A DNA stretch of 64,000 nt from Nitrosopumilus sp. (GCA_965219345.1 OZ244732.1:768001-832000); one strand, 5' to 3'. Positions 52,674 to 63,032 are shown, counted from the stretch's first letter. Notes: a model not told the origin generated them from the sequence alone. Translations and numbers: made by a program.

Positions 52674-53131
52674 GTACATCTACGTCACAACACGCGTATG
52701 GCATTGGAGTAATTGCACTAATCATTGGCATGTCTGTCTCAATAATATTTTACACCTCATTTTATCTTCCTGAATCTTTAGAAAAACCATCTGTATCAGA
52801 ACATATCTTAAATCCTGAGCAAGATTTTATCATTGAAATTGTTCCGGGGGCAACAATTGAAGGAAATGAGAATTATGTTCCAAATTCGCCAACAGTATTA
52901 TTGAATATCGATAATAAAGTGATTTGGCAAAATAATGATGACACGGCACATACTGTAACTCCTGATCATAGGCACTCTGATTCTTACAGTGGTGATTTTG
53001 GTTCTTCTGGAGTTATAAAACCTGGTGACGTGTATGAATTTCTATTCACAGAGCCTCAAGAGGTTCTTTATCACTGTGAACCTCATCCATGGATGACCGG
53101 ATCACTATCTGTAGAGAAGAGTAGATTCTAG
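52670..53131 (+). CDS. Membrane-anchored plastocyanin-like cupredoxin (probable cytochrome c1 substitute)
   Basis: HTVT and YHCEPHPWM type-1 Cu ligands. Confidence 0.9.
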   Translation: MSTSTSQHAYGIGVIALIIGMSVSIIFYTSFYLPESLEKPSVSEHILNPEQDFIIEIVPGATIEGNENYVPNSPTVLLNIDNKVIWQNNDDTAHTVTPDHRHSDSYSGDFGSSGVIKPGDVYEFLFTEPQEVLYHCEPHPWMTGSLSVEKSRF

Positions 53132-53478
53132 ATAGAATATTTTGCAAAAATTATTTGACTTTCAATTTCTTTATGCTGCTCAATAATTGATACCCTAAAT
53201 TTTATTTCATATTCTTGTTTTGGTTCAAATTTAATTAGTGCAGTAAACTCTGCCTTGTTTTCAGGCATTACGTCTTTGTTGATGAATAATCTTGAAACAT
53301 GTTGTGATATGCTCTTTCCATTACATGACTTGTAGACTATGTGTTCATTTGAATCCAAAATCTGGGTATTTATCACAACTCCGTCATATCTTCCTGGATA
53401 TGAAACAGAAATTGTTCCCCTGATTTCAGAATTTGGATGAATATCAATTGAATTTAATTTAAATTCTATATCTTTCAT
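53128..53478 (-). CDS. Hypothetical protein
   Basis: 116 aa beta-rich ORF converging on the cupredoxin. Confidence 0.65.
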   Translation of the reverse strand: MKDIEFKLNSIDIHPNSEIRGTISVSYPGRYDGVVINTQILDSNEHIVYKSCNGKSISQHVSRLFINKDVMPENKAEFTALIKFEPKQEYEIKFRVSIIEQHKEIESQIIFAKYSI

Positions 53479-53581
53479 GAAAATATCACCTACAAATCAG
53501 AATAAATAATTTTGTTAGGCGGGCCCAAAGGGTCCCAGAACATTTTATCCACTAATATAGACCCAACATTACATACTAATA

Positions 53582-54185
53582 TTGAAATTAAAGATATCTG
53601 ATATTCAAGAAAATGCATATCAAAATTTTGTAGATTCTATAAAGGGATAAGGAAACTTTTAGAAAATACAATAGTTATCTAAATCTATTTTTGGAATTAA
53701 TTCCAAATGAAACATACAGACAATATTTGGGTTATGAACCAAAAATCAGAAATGTAGAGTTACTATCTATTGCATTTATTCAAATAGCCCAAAATGATGT
53801 TAAATCTGTTAAAGGTATCATACAAGCCTATACAAGAAACTTGAAGGAACAGATTGAAGATGAAAAACTTTCTCCTGCAACTGCTAAAAATCGACTCAAA
53901 CCAATCAAGGCATTAATGAAATCAAATGATATTGATATGTCTTGGTATCTAATTGATAAATCACTTCCAAAACCAGGCAAGAGTAAAGATAGATCATACA
54001 AAAGAGAAGAACTTCAATCTATGATGATGAGTTCAACAGATTTGACTGATAAAGTTGTTGTTGTTTTATTTTCTTCTGCTGGTTTTAGAGTAGAAGCATG
54101 GAATTATTTTTGTTGGGAAGATGTTATATTTTTTAGAAATAAAGATGAATCTTTCAAAGGTGGGGCTATCCGTATTTACCATCCC
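53582..54185 (+). pseudogene. Tyrosine integrase, frameshifted and C-terminally truncated
   Basis: AYQNFVDSIK, frameshift, ...DRSY.REEL..M...D...V....S.G.R; H-R-Y catalytic half missing. Confidence 0.78.
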
Positions 54186-54199
54186 CAAAGAAAATTACA

Positions 54200-54952
54200 A
54201 AGAATTTAGATGATTTAGATATTAAAATCCAAAACCTTCAAAACCAAAATAAAATCCTAGAACAAATTGCACAGGCAATCTTCAAATCATGGTTTGTTGA
54301 CTATGATGGAGTAACAGAATTTGAGGATTCAGAGTTAGGCAAGATACCAAAAGGGTGGAGTGTAAAAAAATTAAGTGATTTTATTTCTGCTGATAAGGGT
54401 CTGTCCTATAAAGGAAAATTTTTGTCCACTTTTGGTACTCCATTAATTAATTTAGGAAATATTGAAAAAAATGGAGGATACATTGAACATAAAATTAAAC
54501 ATTATACTGGTGAATTTAAAACAGAACATGTTATTTCTTCAAAGGATATAGTAATTGCAAATACCGACATTACACAAGATCGTTTGGTTTTAGGCAGTCC
54601 CGCATTAATCCCTCCATTAGATTCGGAAGAAATAATCTTTACACATCATATTTTTGCTGTGAGGAATAATTCAAATTTTAGAAAATATTTCTTATATCAT
54701 TTACTTAAAACACAAAATTACCATCAACATGTTGTTGGTTATGCAACAGGAACAACAGTTTTGGCCATATCTAAAGAAGCAGTATTAGACTTTCAATTTG
54801 TATTACCAAATGATGATTTAATAAAAAAGTTTGATAAAATTGCTTCAGATATACAAGAATCATTATTTAGAAATAATTCTACTATTCAATCTTTAACAAA
54901 AATTCGTGACATATTCCTTCCAAAACTAATGTCAGGACAAATAAGGATGTAA
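54200..54952 (+). pseudogene. hsdS: Type I RM specificity subunit, C-terminal half
   Basis: LDIKI.NL...N..LEQIAQAIFKSWF..SELG.IPKGW, TRD, L..IRD..LPKLMSG. Confidence 0.85.
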
Positions 54953-55142
54953 AGACATTTCAAGTATTTACAATAAATTAGCAAAAGTTACGTTTCGTTA
55001 GAAGAACATTACATAGAATCAGGAAAAATCATAATCATGCAATCTTGCGCATATGGAACATACTTTATTGGAAAGAGGAGGATTTTACAAAAAATACAGA
55101 ATAAAGATTTATCAATATCTATGAAAAAATATTCATAGGTAA

Positions 55143-55964
55143 ATGTTGCAGAAAATAAAGGAAAATCCAATATCGTACTCATTAAAGGAGGTCCCAATTG
55201 ATGCCATCACAGTATGGGAAGAAGCGCAGACAAGAACATTAGATAATACTGACATTGATTCTCTTGCTAATTCAATAGCGCAAGAAGGACTACAGAATCC
55301 GCCAATGGTACAAAAAGATGGGAATAATTCTTACCTGCTCATGGCAGGGCAACGAAGACTTGCAGCTCTCAAGAAATTGGGTTCCAAGACAATTCCAGTA
55401 CTTGTATTATCAAAGAACAGTTCTTGTGACATACATGATGCAAAAGCAGTCTCAATAATTGAAAATTTACACAGAAAAGACATGAGCATCTCTGAGATGG
55501 TGGCATCATGCCAATTTTTAGCAGAAAAAATGGGTAAAACAGATGCTGCCAAGGCCTTGGGAATAAATCGTTCAACATTACATGGATATCTTGGATTCGG
55601 TGCAGTTCCAGACGGGATTAAACAAATGGTTCCCAAAGTATTGTCTAAAAGAGATGCAATTCGATTATGCAAAGTAATTCCAGTGGAATCAAAAGCAATT
55701 GAACTAGTTGAGAAAATAAAAAGGTATGACTCTGCACAAAAAAAGAGATATTTGGATGCACTGGAGCAGCTAGGAAACAATGTAGAACATTCTGAAATTC
55801 AAAAACTTGCAAATTCGTTTAGGGCAAGACGGAATTTGTCATTAAAGATACCCAAGAGCCAGGCAAAGGGGCTATCCAAAATATCCCGAGAAAACAATAT
55901 GGAACCTGCAGAGTTTGCACAAAAAATAGTTACAAACTATTTGACCAAAAAAGGTTTCAAGTAA
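55143..55964 (+). CDS. ParB/Spo0J-like protein with HTH
   Basis: LA.SI...GLQNP, AGQRRL.A, ENL.R.D, HTH (AAKALGINRSTL), possible C-terminal RHH. Confidence 0.85.
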   Translation: MLQKIKENPISYSLKEVPIDAITVWEEAQTRTLDNTDIDSLANSIAQEGLQNPPMVQKDGNNSYLLMAGQRRLAALKKLGSKTIPVLVLSKNSSCDIHDAKAVSIIENLHRKDMSISEMVASCQFLAEKMGKTDAAKALGINRSTLHGYLGFGAVPDGIKQMVPKVLSKRDAIRLCKVIPVESKAIELVEKIKRYDSAQKKRYLDALEQLGNNVEHSEIQKLANSFRARRNLSLKIPKSQAKGLSKISRENNMEPAEFAQKIVTNYLTKKGFK

Positions 55965-56094
55965 TTTCATAATATTCAACAATTTGTCTAAGAAATATAT
56001 CAAATTACAAATGTATTGTTTAAATAATTTGTAACGACATGACAACTTTATTTTAAAATAAATCGTTATAATTACAAATAGAACAAGAAAAATC

Positions 56095-56262
56095 TCATAC
56101 TCTGATTTGTCCTGACATTAGTTTTGGGAGTAGAGCATCACGAATTTTTGTTAAAGAAAGAATTTGGTTTGCACTGTATTCCAATTTTTCATAGATAGGA
56201 TTTAGTATGCTATCAAAATTAGAAGAAATGTTACCCGATTGTTGATTAGGTAAACAGATTTT
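56095..56262 (-). pseudogene. hsdS: Second hsdS C-terminal tail, inverted
   Basis: Manual translation KICLPN...FDSILNPI...QILSLTKIRDALLPKLMSGQIRV*. Confidence 0.8.
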
Positions 56263-56883
56263 GGTATTTTCAATTATTTCTGAGGGAAATGACGGATATG
56301 CAGATGTGTGTGTGTGTGAATCTGCTACTCATGATGGCAACATCACAAGTGACTCGTATGGTGCATGGAATCACGTTGGAGCCACACATCAGAAATGCCA
56401 CATCCATTACATCAGAGAAATTGATGATACGATTAATCGCAAGAATCCAGGAGCAGAGTTTGAATCATTTGCAAAAAAGTTCAAGAAGATAATTTATGAT
56501 TCTCATAATGCAGTATCAATTGCAGATAAATCAAAAAGACTTTTGGCAAAAAAGAATCTTGAACGCAGAATATCATACATCATATCAAAACAATACCATG
56601 AGAAAAATTGTATTAGATTTGTAAAAAGAATCAGACGTGAGAGAAAAATGCTCTTCACATTCTTGGTTACTGGAACCGACTCTCACAATAACACAGCAGA
56701 AAGGGCAATAAGGCCAAACGTAATAATTTGAAAAATTACAAATGTACATCGCTCAGAGAATGGTGCATATGCTCACAAGGTGTTGATGAGTATAAAGGAG
56801 ACATGCAGATTACGAGGATTAAATTTTCATGATTATTCTTTAGAATATCTTGGGAATTTCACTTCAAAATTCTAGACAGTTAC
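56263..56883 (+). pseudogene. IS66-family transposase remnant
   Basis: SD.Y..W, HQKC..H..RE, NN.AERAIRP.V, internal stop, TCR; right end ...TTAC. Confidence 0.85.
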
Positions 56884-56967
56884 TTTTGCATTCTTTAAAA
56901 CTCTGAGTGTTTCTATATTTTAACGGGTGCAATGTTTTTGTATGATATACTTTTAGATTTTATATCA

Positions 56968-57321
56968 TCAGATATCTAAAATTTCTTTCTTAATCTTATG
57001 TGTTATTAATTCATAAAATTCTATAGTTACACTATCCATTTTTTTAATTATTTTATCTGATCTTACAGTTACAATTCTTTTACACATTACTTGAGATTGT
57101 TCTCCTAGTTCCACATTTTCTAAGGAATGTGGTTTTATTGGAACGGGGTAAGGATCGTGGTTTTGATTAGTTGTTATGCCAACACAAACAAAAAATCTAC
57201 CACGATGAAATTCTTTTCTAGAAATTACTGGTAATGGTCTGACTTTTCTTTGTTTTTGATCTCCATAACTAGGATCAGCTAGTACTATATCCCGAGAATC
57301 AATCTTAATCTGATTTGTCAA
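56968..57321 (-). CDS. PemK/MazF-family toxin
   Basis: DIVL...Y.D...K.RP..VIS, GITT, S.V.C..I.TV. Confidence 0.8.
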   Translation of the reverse strand: MTNQIKIDSRDIVLADPSYGDQKQRKVRPLPVISRKEFHRGRFFVCVGITTNQNHDPYPVPIKPHSLENVELGEQSQVMCKRIVTVRSDKIIKKMDSVTIEFYELITHKIKKEILDI

Positions 57322-57335
57322 TAGTGTTGTTTTTT

Positions 57336-57452
57336 CTAGTCATTCATAACATTTTGTGTGAGGAGATCCAAGTCTTTTTCTACATTATCTATGGGTTCAT
57401 TTTCTGCAATTTCTAAAGATACTTTCTTTCTTGCAGGTTTCGTAGTGCTCAT
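57336..57452 (-). pseudogene. Possible truncated antitoxin upstream of MazF-like gene
   Basis: Position only; 38 aa ORF. Confidence 0.3.
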
Positions 57453-57553
57453 GCTACCAGATCCATAATTGGTATAAAAACATCCTTGTGTATGAACCCT
57501 TGAGATTGCCGAGTTCAAATCCCCGTGGGTCCAAATTAATCAGCAAATCGACA

Positions 57554-57628
57554 CGGGCCCAAAGGGCTTCGATCCCTTGACCATTGGATTAGAAGTCCAA
57601 CACTCTATCCATGCTGAGCTATGGGCCC
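57554..57628 (-). tRNA. tRNA-Arg (TCT)
   Basis: Reverse complement GGGCCCATAGCTCAGCATGGATAGAGTGTTGGACTTCTAATCCAATGGTCAAGGGATCGAAGCCCTTTGGGCCCG. Confidence 0.95.
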
Positions 57629-57661
57629 AAAAACCTAGCGATTAATTACCATTTTAAGGGT

Positions 57662-58504
57662 TTACAGCCACTTTTTTTGGTGGCTGTCTCTTTCCATTTT
57701 GAAGAGGAATTGTTGTGCATAACCAGCATATGGCCCAAAATGACTTACAATTTTTTCATGAAGAATGTCATATTGTTTTTCTGTAATTGTTTTTGTTTCA
57801 AGACAAAATTCATCACGATAATATTTTTCTAAAATTCTAACCATCCATCTGTCTAATGGAAATGCCTCCAATTTGTTTAATGAAAATAACATTACACAAT
57901 CTGCAACCTTATTTCCAACACCAGGAATACAACGAATACTCTCTTTGGTCTCAAAATATTTAGATCTTTTCAAACTCTCAAAGTCTATTTCTTTTGAAAA
58001 AATCATATTTGCTGCACTTTTGACGAATTTAGCTCGATATCCAACCCCACAGCTTCCAATTTCATTAATTGATGCTTTACCAAGTTTCTCTGGTTTGGGA
58101 AATAAAAAAAACTCCTGATTTTCAAATTCGATCTTTGTTCCAAACTTTTTTGATATATTTTCAAGACTAGTTTTTATTTTTTGAATGCTGGAGTTTGAAG
58201 AAATAATAAATGAAATCAAACATTGAAAAGGATCTTGCTTGAGAATTCTTAAACCGGGATATTTTTTCACAGCCATCCTGACTGTGTTATCTCTTGAAAT
58301 TGATTTGATTACGTTATCTAAACTATCATTTTTTCTAAAGAAATCTATCTTCAAATTTTGATACGACTTGATAATTCCATTTTTATCTATACGCAGAACA
58401 TTTTGACCATTAATGCCATCCCAATAACCTTCATTTTTTTTCCAAAGAAATACCTGACCGCTATTTATTGAATTTTCAACATTTATTGTACAATTTTCTT
58501 GCAT
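57662..58504 (-). CDS. HhH-GPD DNA glycosylase (Ogg1/AlkA family)
   Basis: GLRIL.QDPF, FP.P, GYRAK, PGVG.KVADC, FPLD, AGYAQQ.LF. Confidence 0.9.
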   Translation of the reverse strand: MQENCTINVENSINSGQVFLWKKNEGYWDGINGQNVLRIDKNGIIKSYQNLKIDFFRKNDSLDNVIKSISRDNTVRMAVKKYPGLRILKQDPFQCLISFIISSNSSIQKIKTSLENISKKFGTKIEFENQEFFLFPKPEKLGKASINEIGSCGVGYRAKFVKSAANMIFSKEIDFESLKRSKYFETKESIRCIPGVGNKVADCVMLFSLNKLEAFPLDRWMVRILEKYYRDEFCLETKTITEKQYDILHEKIVSHFGPYAGYAQQFLFKMERDSHQKKWL

Positions 58505-58505
58505 T

Positions 58506-59771
58506 TCAGACAGTTATTGTCTCATCAACTGCAGGCGCATGTGCTTCAAATCCAAACTTCTCATGAATTTCTTGGGCAAACAAGTCACATGACTCTGAAT
58601 CTCCATGAACTGTAAGCACTTTTGGATTTCCTTTAATTTTTTTCATCATATCAAACAATCCGTTTCTATCTGCGTGTCCCGAAAACTCAAACTGTTTTAC
58701 TTCTGCCGTTACATTGACATCTTTGCCTCTTGTTGATACCTTTCCCGTTTCAAGCAATTTTCTTCCTGGCGTTCCTTCACCTTGATATGATACCAGAGCA
58801 ATTCCATTTTTATCATCAAATGATAGCTGTTGCAAATAAAATACAGCGTTTCCTCCAACTAGCATCCCGGCAGGTGAGATTACTACGCAAGGTTCATCCA
58901 TTGCACGTTTTCTTTTATTATGTTCCCTAATTGCAGTTGCACTATTAATTGCATCAGCAAAAACTTTTGGGTCTCGTAAATATTCTGGATGTCTAGACAT
59001 TATTTCATTTACTTTGAGCGCCATCCCATCCATGATAATTTTGTGTTTAAAGTTTGCATTTCTTAAAATACATGCAATCTCTTGAGAACGTTCAACTGAG
59101 AATGATGGAATGAATAGTGTTCCTTTCCTATCCATTACTTCATTCGCAAACTCAATTAATTCTTGTTCAGATTCTTTTCTAGGTTTCTGTTCTGTTTGAG
59201 AATATGTACTCTCAGTTATTAGAAGATCAATTTCACCTATGTCAAGGTCTGCCTCTCGAAGCATTCTTGAACCATTTGTTTTGATATCCCCAGTATAGAA
59301 AAGTCGTTTTTTCTCTGATTCTACCAAAACAGTACTTCCGCCAATTACATGTCCTGATTCTCTTAACTCAAAAGATGCATTTCCCTTGGCAACTTTTTGT
59401 TTAAACGCAATTTCCTTGGCATTTTTCATCATGTTGTTTAGTTCAGGCAGGTCAAATGGGTGTGAATTCTTTTCAATTTTTAGCATATCTTCAATCAATA
59501 ACCTTGATAGGTCAAAGGTTGGCGGTGTAGCATAGACATCAGTATTTCCACTTACAAAAAGAGACGGTACATTTCCTGAATGATCTAAATGAGCATGAGT
59601 AATTATGATTGCATCTACATCTTTGGGTTTTACGTGAAGTGGATATGTTGGCGGTGTTCCCCTTCTTCCAAACATCACTCCGTAATCAAGTAAGAAATTT
59701 GTTCCATTACAATTAACTAAAAAGCCAGATCTACCAACCTCTTTTGCAGCTCCTAAAACTTTAACATCCAA
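58506..59771 (-). CDS. Beta-CASP MBL-fold ribonuclease (aCPSF-like)
   Basis: GA..EVGRS, THAHLDH, GHVIG, ESTY, FSGHAD, VHGD. Confidence 0.9.
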   Translation of the reverse strand: MDVKVLGAAKEVGRSGFLVNCNGTNFLLDYGVMFGRRGTPPTYPLHVKPKDVDAIIITHAHLDHSGNVPSLFVSGNTDVYATPPTFDLSRLLIEDMLKIEKNSHPFDLPELNNMMKNAKEIAFKQKVAKGNASFELRESGHVIGGSTVLVESEKKRLFYTGDIKTNGSRMLREADLDIGEIDLLITESTYSQTEQKPRKESEQELIEFANEVMDRKGTLFIPSFSVERSQEIACILRNANFKHKIIMDGMALKVNEIMSRHPEYLRDPKVFADAINSATAIREHNKRKRAMDEPCVVISPAGMLVGGNAVFYLQQLSFDDKNGIALVSYQGEGTPGRKLLETGKVSTRGKDVNVTAEVKQFEFSGHADRNGLFDMMKKIKGNPKVLTVHGDSESCDLFAQEIHEKFGFEAHAPAVDETITV

Positions 59772-60458
59772 GAATTAAAATAAAATCTCAACTACGTTAA
59801 AACCTTCTTAGATTGATCCGATCATTATGCTTTTTATATAATCTACACAAGCTTTAATTAGTGTAAGCTAAGATCCGATCCTCATGGGAAGAAGTTATGA
59901 CGAATGGATAAAGGCGCAAGATCAAACAGTAGTAGCTAAAACACGTAAAGATGATGAAGCAAACAAACCGCTCTTAAACCAAATTAACTGGATTTGGGTT
60001 AACAACCTTTTGAATAAGAAACCAGAACTTAACCCTTCTTCTGCAGAATTACTTGACTGGGTCACTTCTGGTCAAATAGACGCAATGAGAAAATAGACAA
60101 AACCTCTTTTGCAGCTCCTAAAACTTTAACGTCCAAGAATTAAAATAAAATCTCAACTACGTTAACCTTCTTAGGTTGATCCGATCATTATGCTTTTTAT
60201 ATAATCTACACAAGCTTTAATTAGTGTAAGCTAAGATCCGATCCTCATGGGAAGAAGTTATGACGAATGGATTAAGGCGCAAGATCAAGCACTCGTTACT
60301 AAAACACGTGCTGGTGATGAAGCAAACAAACCGCTCTTAAACCAAATTAACTGGATTTGGGTTAAAAATCTCTTGGATAAGAAACCAGAACTTAACCCTT
60401 CTTCTGCAGAATTACTTGACTGGGTCACTTCTGGTCAAATAGACGCAATGAGAAAATA
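59736..60458 (+). repeat. Tandem duplication, ~363 bp unit
   Basis: 59736-60095 is nearly identical to 60101-60458, including the intergenic region and the 70 aa gene. Confidence 0.95.
59884..60096 (+). CDS. Small hypothetical protein, copy 1
   Basis: MGRSYDEWIKAQD...NQINWIWV..ELLDWVTSGQIDAMRK. Confidence 0.85.
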   Translation: MGRSYDEWIKAQDQTVVAKTRKDDEANKPLLNQINWIWVNNLLNKKPELNPSSAELLDWVTSGQIDAMRK

Positions 60459-60459
60459 A
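60247..60459 (+). CDS. Small hypothetical protein, copy 2
   Basis: Same length, 7 aa differences from copy 1. Confidence 0.85.
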   Translation: MGRSYDEWIKAQDQALVTKTRAGDEANKPLLNQINWIWVKNLLDKKPELNPSSAELLDWVTSGQIDAMRK

Positions 60460-60599
60460 ACGTGCAACACACGTTATCTTTTTGTTTTTTTACCTCTTAA
60501 TCTGATTTCTGCGCACGTATTTCTTCGCGATCAATTCCATAACAGGGTTATGAATTTCAATCATGGTTTAAATAGTCACCAAGCACTGTTAATTTTGTA

Positions 60600-60902
60600 A
60601 TGCCAATAGCAATACTTCCAGACATTGATGAACAAAGATGTATCGGATGTGCACTATGTGTAGAAATCTGTACAACTCTTGGTCCAGATGTCCTTAGAGT
60701 AAAACCAGTTGAAGGCTGGAAGAGAGGTAAAGCATTTGTCTTTTATCCAGAGAGATGTATTTCAGATGGTGCATGCATCGGTGTATGTCCAACAAAATCA
60801 ATCTTTTGGATGAGACCAATGAATTATACTGCTGGACAACCAGTCCCTCTTCATAAAAACGGTGTCTTCATTAACGGTTGGGCAGAAGACGCAGCACTAT
60901 AA
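60600..60902 (+). CDS. 4Fe-4S dicluster ferredoxin
   Basis: CIGCALCVEIC and CISDGACIGVCP. Confidence 0.9.
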   Translation: MPIAILPDIDEQRCIGCALCVEICTTLGPDVLRVKPVEGWKRGKAFVFYPERCISDGACIGVCPTKSIFWMRPMNYTAGQPVPLHKNGVFINGWAEDAAL

Positions 60903-60940
60903 GCTGAATCTTTTAGCAAATTCTTTTTTATTATTTTTAA

Positions 60941-62452
60941 TTAAACAAAAGATTTTTTCTTGATTTTTTTTGGTAGTGTTTTTACAAAATGTTTCAAAAA
61001 TTTGTCATTTTTATCATAATGAATTTCCAAAAACTTGTTGTTATCAAAGAAACATCCCCATGTCTTTTCAAACGTAGGGAATTCTTTTGGATCAAAACCC
61101 ATTCTAGAAGTTTCATGATGTGCAGCTGGAAAGATATCTGAAATCTCAATTGGAATCAATCCTAACTGTGGATTATATTGGCATACCTGTATTGAATCAA
61201 AATCCCTGAATTTTCTCTCTAATCCAACATATTGATGAGACAAATATCCAGGCTTTGAACTTGATTCTTTGGTAATGATTAGTTTCTTTTTCTTTGATTT
61301 GAATTTTCTAACCATATTATGATATGCTTGAACCTCTGGACGAAATTGGTCTTCTTTATCGAATAGAAAAATAGCCTTTTCTTTGAATTTTGGTGTAGTA
61401 ACACCAAGATACTCATAATTATTTGTCATGACTTCAATCATTTCAAATAATTTTGGATGGGCCCTTGCCTTTTTCATTACATATTCCCATAATCTTCCTT
61501 CATGGATTGCCTGCTTTACTTTGTCGACTTCAAGTTTTATTGCATAGAGATTATGAATTGCTAGTTGATTGATTTTTTCAGCTGCTTCAAGCTGACGTAA
61601 CTCGTCGGGAGTATATTTTGAACATACCTCGCAATTACATGGAAATACGGTGATATCGGACAAATACCGTGTACCGTCATCTGTGATGTATCTAAGATGT
61701 TTTGCATAAAGCATGTAGGAAGCTGAATCAAATGTATCACATCCTAAAGCTACTGCAAATGGTATTGTTAGAGGATGTCCAGCCCCAAAGAGGTGTAAAG
61801 GAATAGAGTGCGGAATGTGTTTTTTTGCAGCTACAATCATCTGTGCTAATAGCCTATATTCATACGACTCCATAAATTCAACCGGACTTCCTAAAGCCAA
61901 CATCTGAAAACCAATATCTACTAATCTTTTTGCTGACTTTGCAACAAGTTCAAAATGTTCCCCGCCTTGAATTGGACCAATCCAAATCTGACCATTATCT
62001 TCACTGTCATCTAATGTCTGTTTTGAAACTTTGAGAGTATGTTTAACGTATGCTTCTGCTTTTTTTAATGGTAGCCCAAATCCTGTTGGCTTGTCAAGCG
62101 GAATTGCAAAATCTGCAAGTATTTTTTTTTCAAAATTTGCCATATCTGAAGGCAAAACATTAACATCTCCATATTCTAGAACTTGATAACCTCCAGAATC
62201 CGTCATAATTGCACCATCAAAATCTATAATTTTATGAATTCCTTTTTTTACTGCCTCATCGCCGTAACTGTTTTTCGTAATGTATGCATTTGTAATTACT
62301 AAATCAAAACCAATCTGTTGAATTTTTTTTGATGGGATTGTTTGCTTTACGGGATGAATGACAGGAACGTATGCTGGCGTCTCAATCTTTCCATGATTAG
62401 CGTAAAGAGTACCTATCCTTCCCGCCAAATCAGTTTTAGAAATTTCAAACAA
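60941..62452 (-). CDS. tgtA: Archaeosine tRNA-guanine(15) transglycosylase
   Basis: TDSGGYQ, IQGG, HLFGAGHP, DTFDSASY, CNCEVC, HNL. Confidence 0.93.
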   Translation of the reverse strand: MFEISKTDLAGRIGTLYANHGKIETPAYVPVIHPVKQTIPSKKIQQIGFDLVITNAYITKNSYGDEAVKKGIHKIIDFDGAIMTDSGGYQVLEYGDVNVLPSDMANFEKKILADFAIPLDKPTGFGLPLKKAEAYVKHTLKVSKQTLDDSEDNGQIWIGPIQGGEHFELVAKSAKRLVDIGFQMLALGSPVEFMESYEYRLLAQMIVAAKKHIPHSIPLHLFGAGHPLTIPFAVALGCDTFDSASYMLYAKHLRYITDDGTRYLSDITVFPCNCEVCSKYTPDELRQLEAAEKINQLAIHNLYAIKLEVDKVKQAIHEGRLWEYVMKKARAHPKLFEMIEVMTNNYEYLGVTTPKFKEKAIFLFDKEDQFRPEVQAYHNMVRKFKSKKKKLIITKESSSKPGYLSHQYVGLERKFRDFDSIQVCQYNPQLGLIPIEISDIFPAAHHETSRMGFDPKEFPTFEKTWGCFFDNNKFLEIHYDKNDKFLKHFVKTLPKKIKKKSFV

Positions 62453-62483
62453 GTAACTTCACAAACTTAAGGGCGTTATTTAA

Positions 62484-63032
62484 TCAATCAGTAAAAAATT
62501 TTTTCAAATCATTATTTTTCGTAACCAAACCAAGCCAATCCACTTCCTCATTACCCTCATTGCTAGAAATTAGAGTCATCACTTTTTCTACCACTTCTTG
62601 AATGCTTTTTCCACTAGTGTTAATTTGGAATGTCTTTTCTTGGAATTTACTTATTGTGTCATGTGCAATAATGCCTAGCACCTCACTACCCAAGTTTTCC
62701 TTGCTTTTCTTATCAGTATACTTTCTTTCTTTGTAGATTGAGATTAGATCATAGGGATTTCTTCTTAAAACGATCACTATCTTTACTCTGTTTTTATCTA
62801 AAACATAAGGTGCTAAATGACCAACAATCACTTCTTTCTCTGAAATTTTTTGTTTAAGGATTTTTTCTAGCTTTACAGTATCAATGTTGCATGTATCTTC
62901 ATTTTTTTCAAACAATCCTGCATCTTTTGCTATACTGTTAATATCAAGAATCGATAGTTCAAGCTTTTCAGCAATTTCTTGCGTAATGGTATGTTTTCCA
63001 ACTCCCGGATTTCCAGTAATTATTATTGACAT
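62484..63032 (-). CDS. Adenylate kinase AK6/Fap7-like P-loop kinase
   Basis: ITGNPGVGK, VGH, R.Y...K..EN..E. Confidence 0.82.
   Translation of the reverse strand: MSIIITGNPGVGKHTITQEIAEKLELSILDINSIAKDAGLFEKNEDTCNIDTVKLEKILKQKISEKEVIVGHLAPYVLDKNRVKIVIVLRRNPYDLISIYKERKYTDKKSKENLGSEVLGIIAHDTISKFQEKTFQINTSGKSIQEVVEKVMTLISSNEGNEEVDWLGLVTKNNDLKKFFTD

Larger units (their letters stand above)
53520..57566. mobile_element. Decayed integrative element at tRNA-Arg(TCT)
   Basis: 13 bp direct repeat CGGGCCCAAAGGG at 53520-53532 and 57554-57566 (tRNA 3' end); integrase adjacent to the distal copy. Confidence 0.8.

Noticed and set aside
50489-53131. Complex III with a cupredoxin instead of cytochrome c1
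   Set aside because: Established feature of ammonia-oxidising archaea
56304-56318. (TG)n microsatellite
   Set aside because: Lies within a dead IS66 fragment; no functional context
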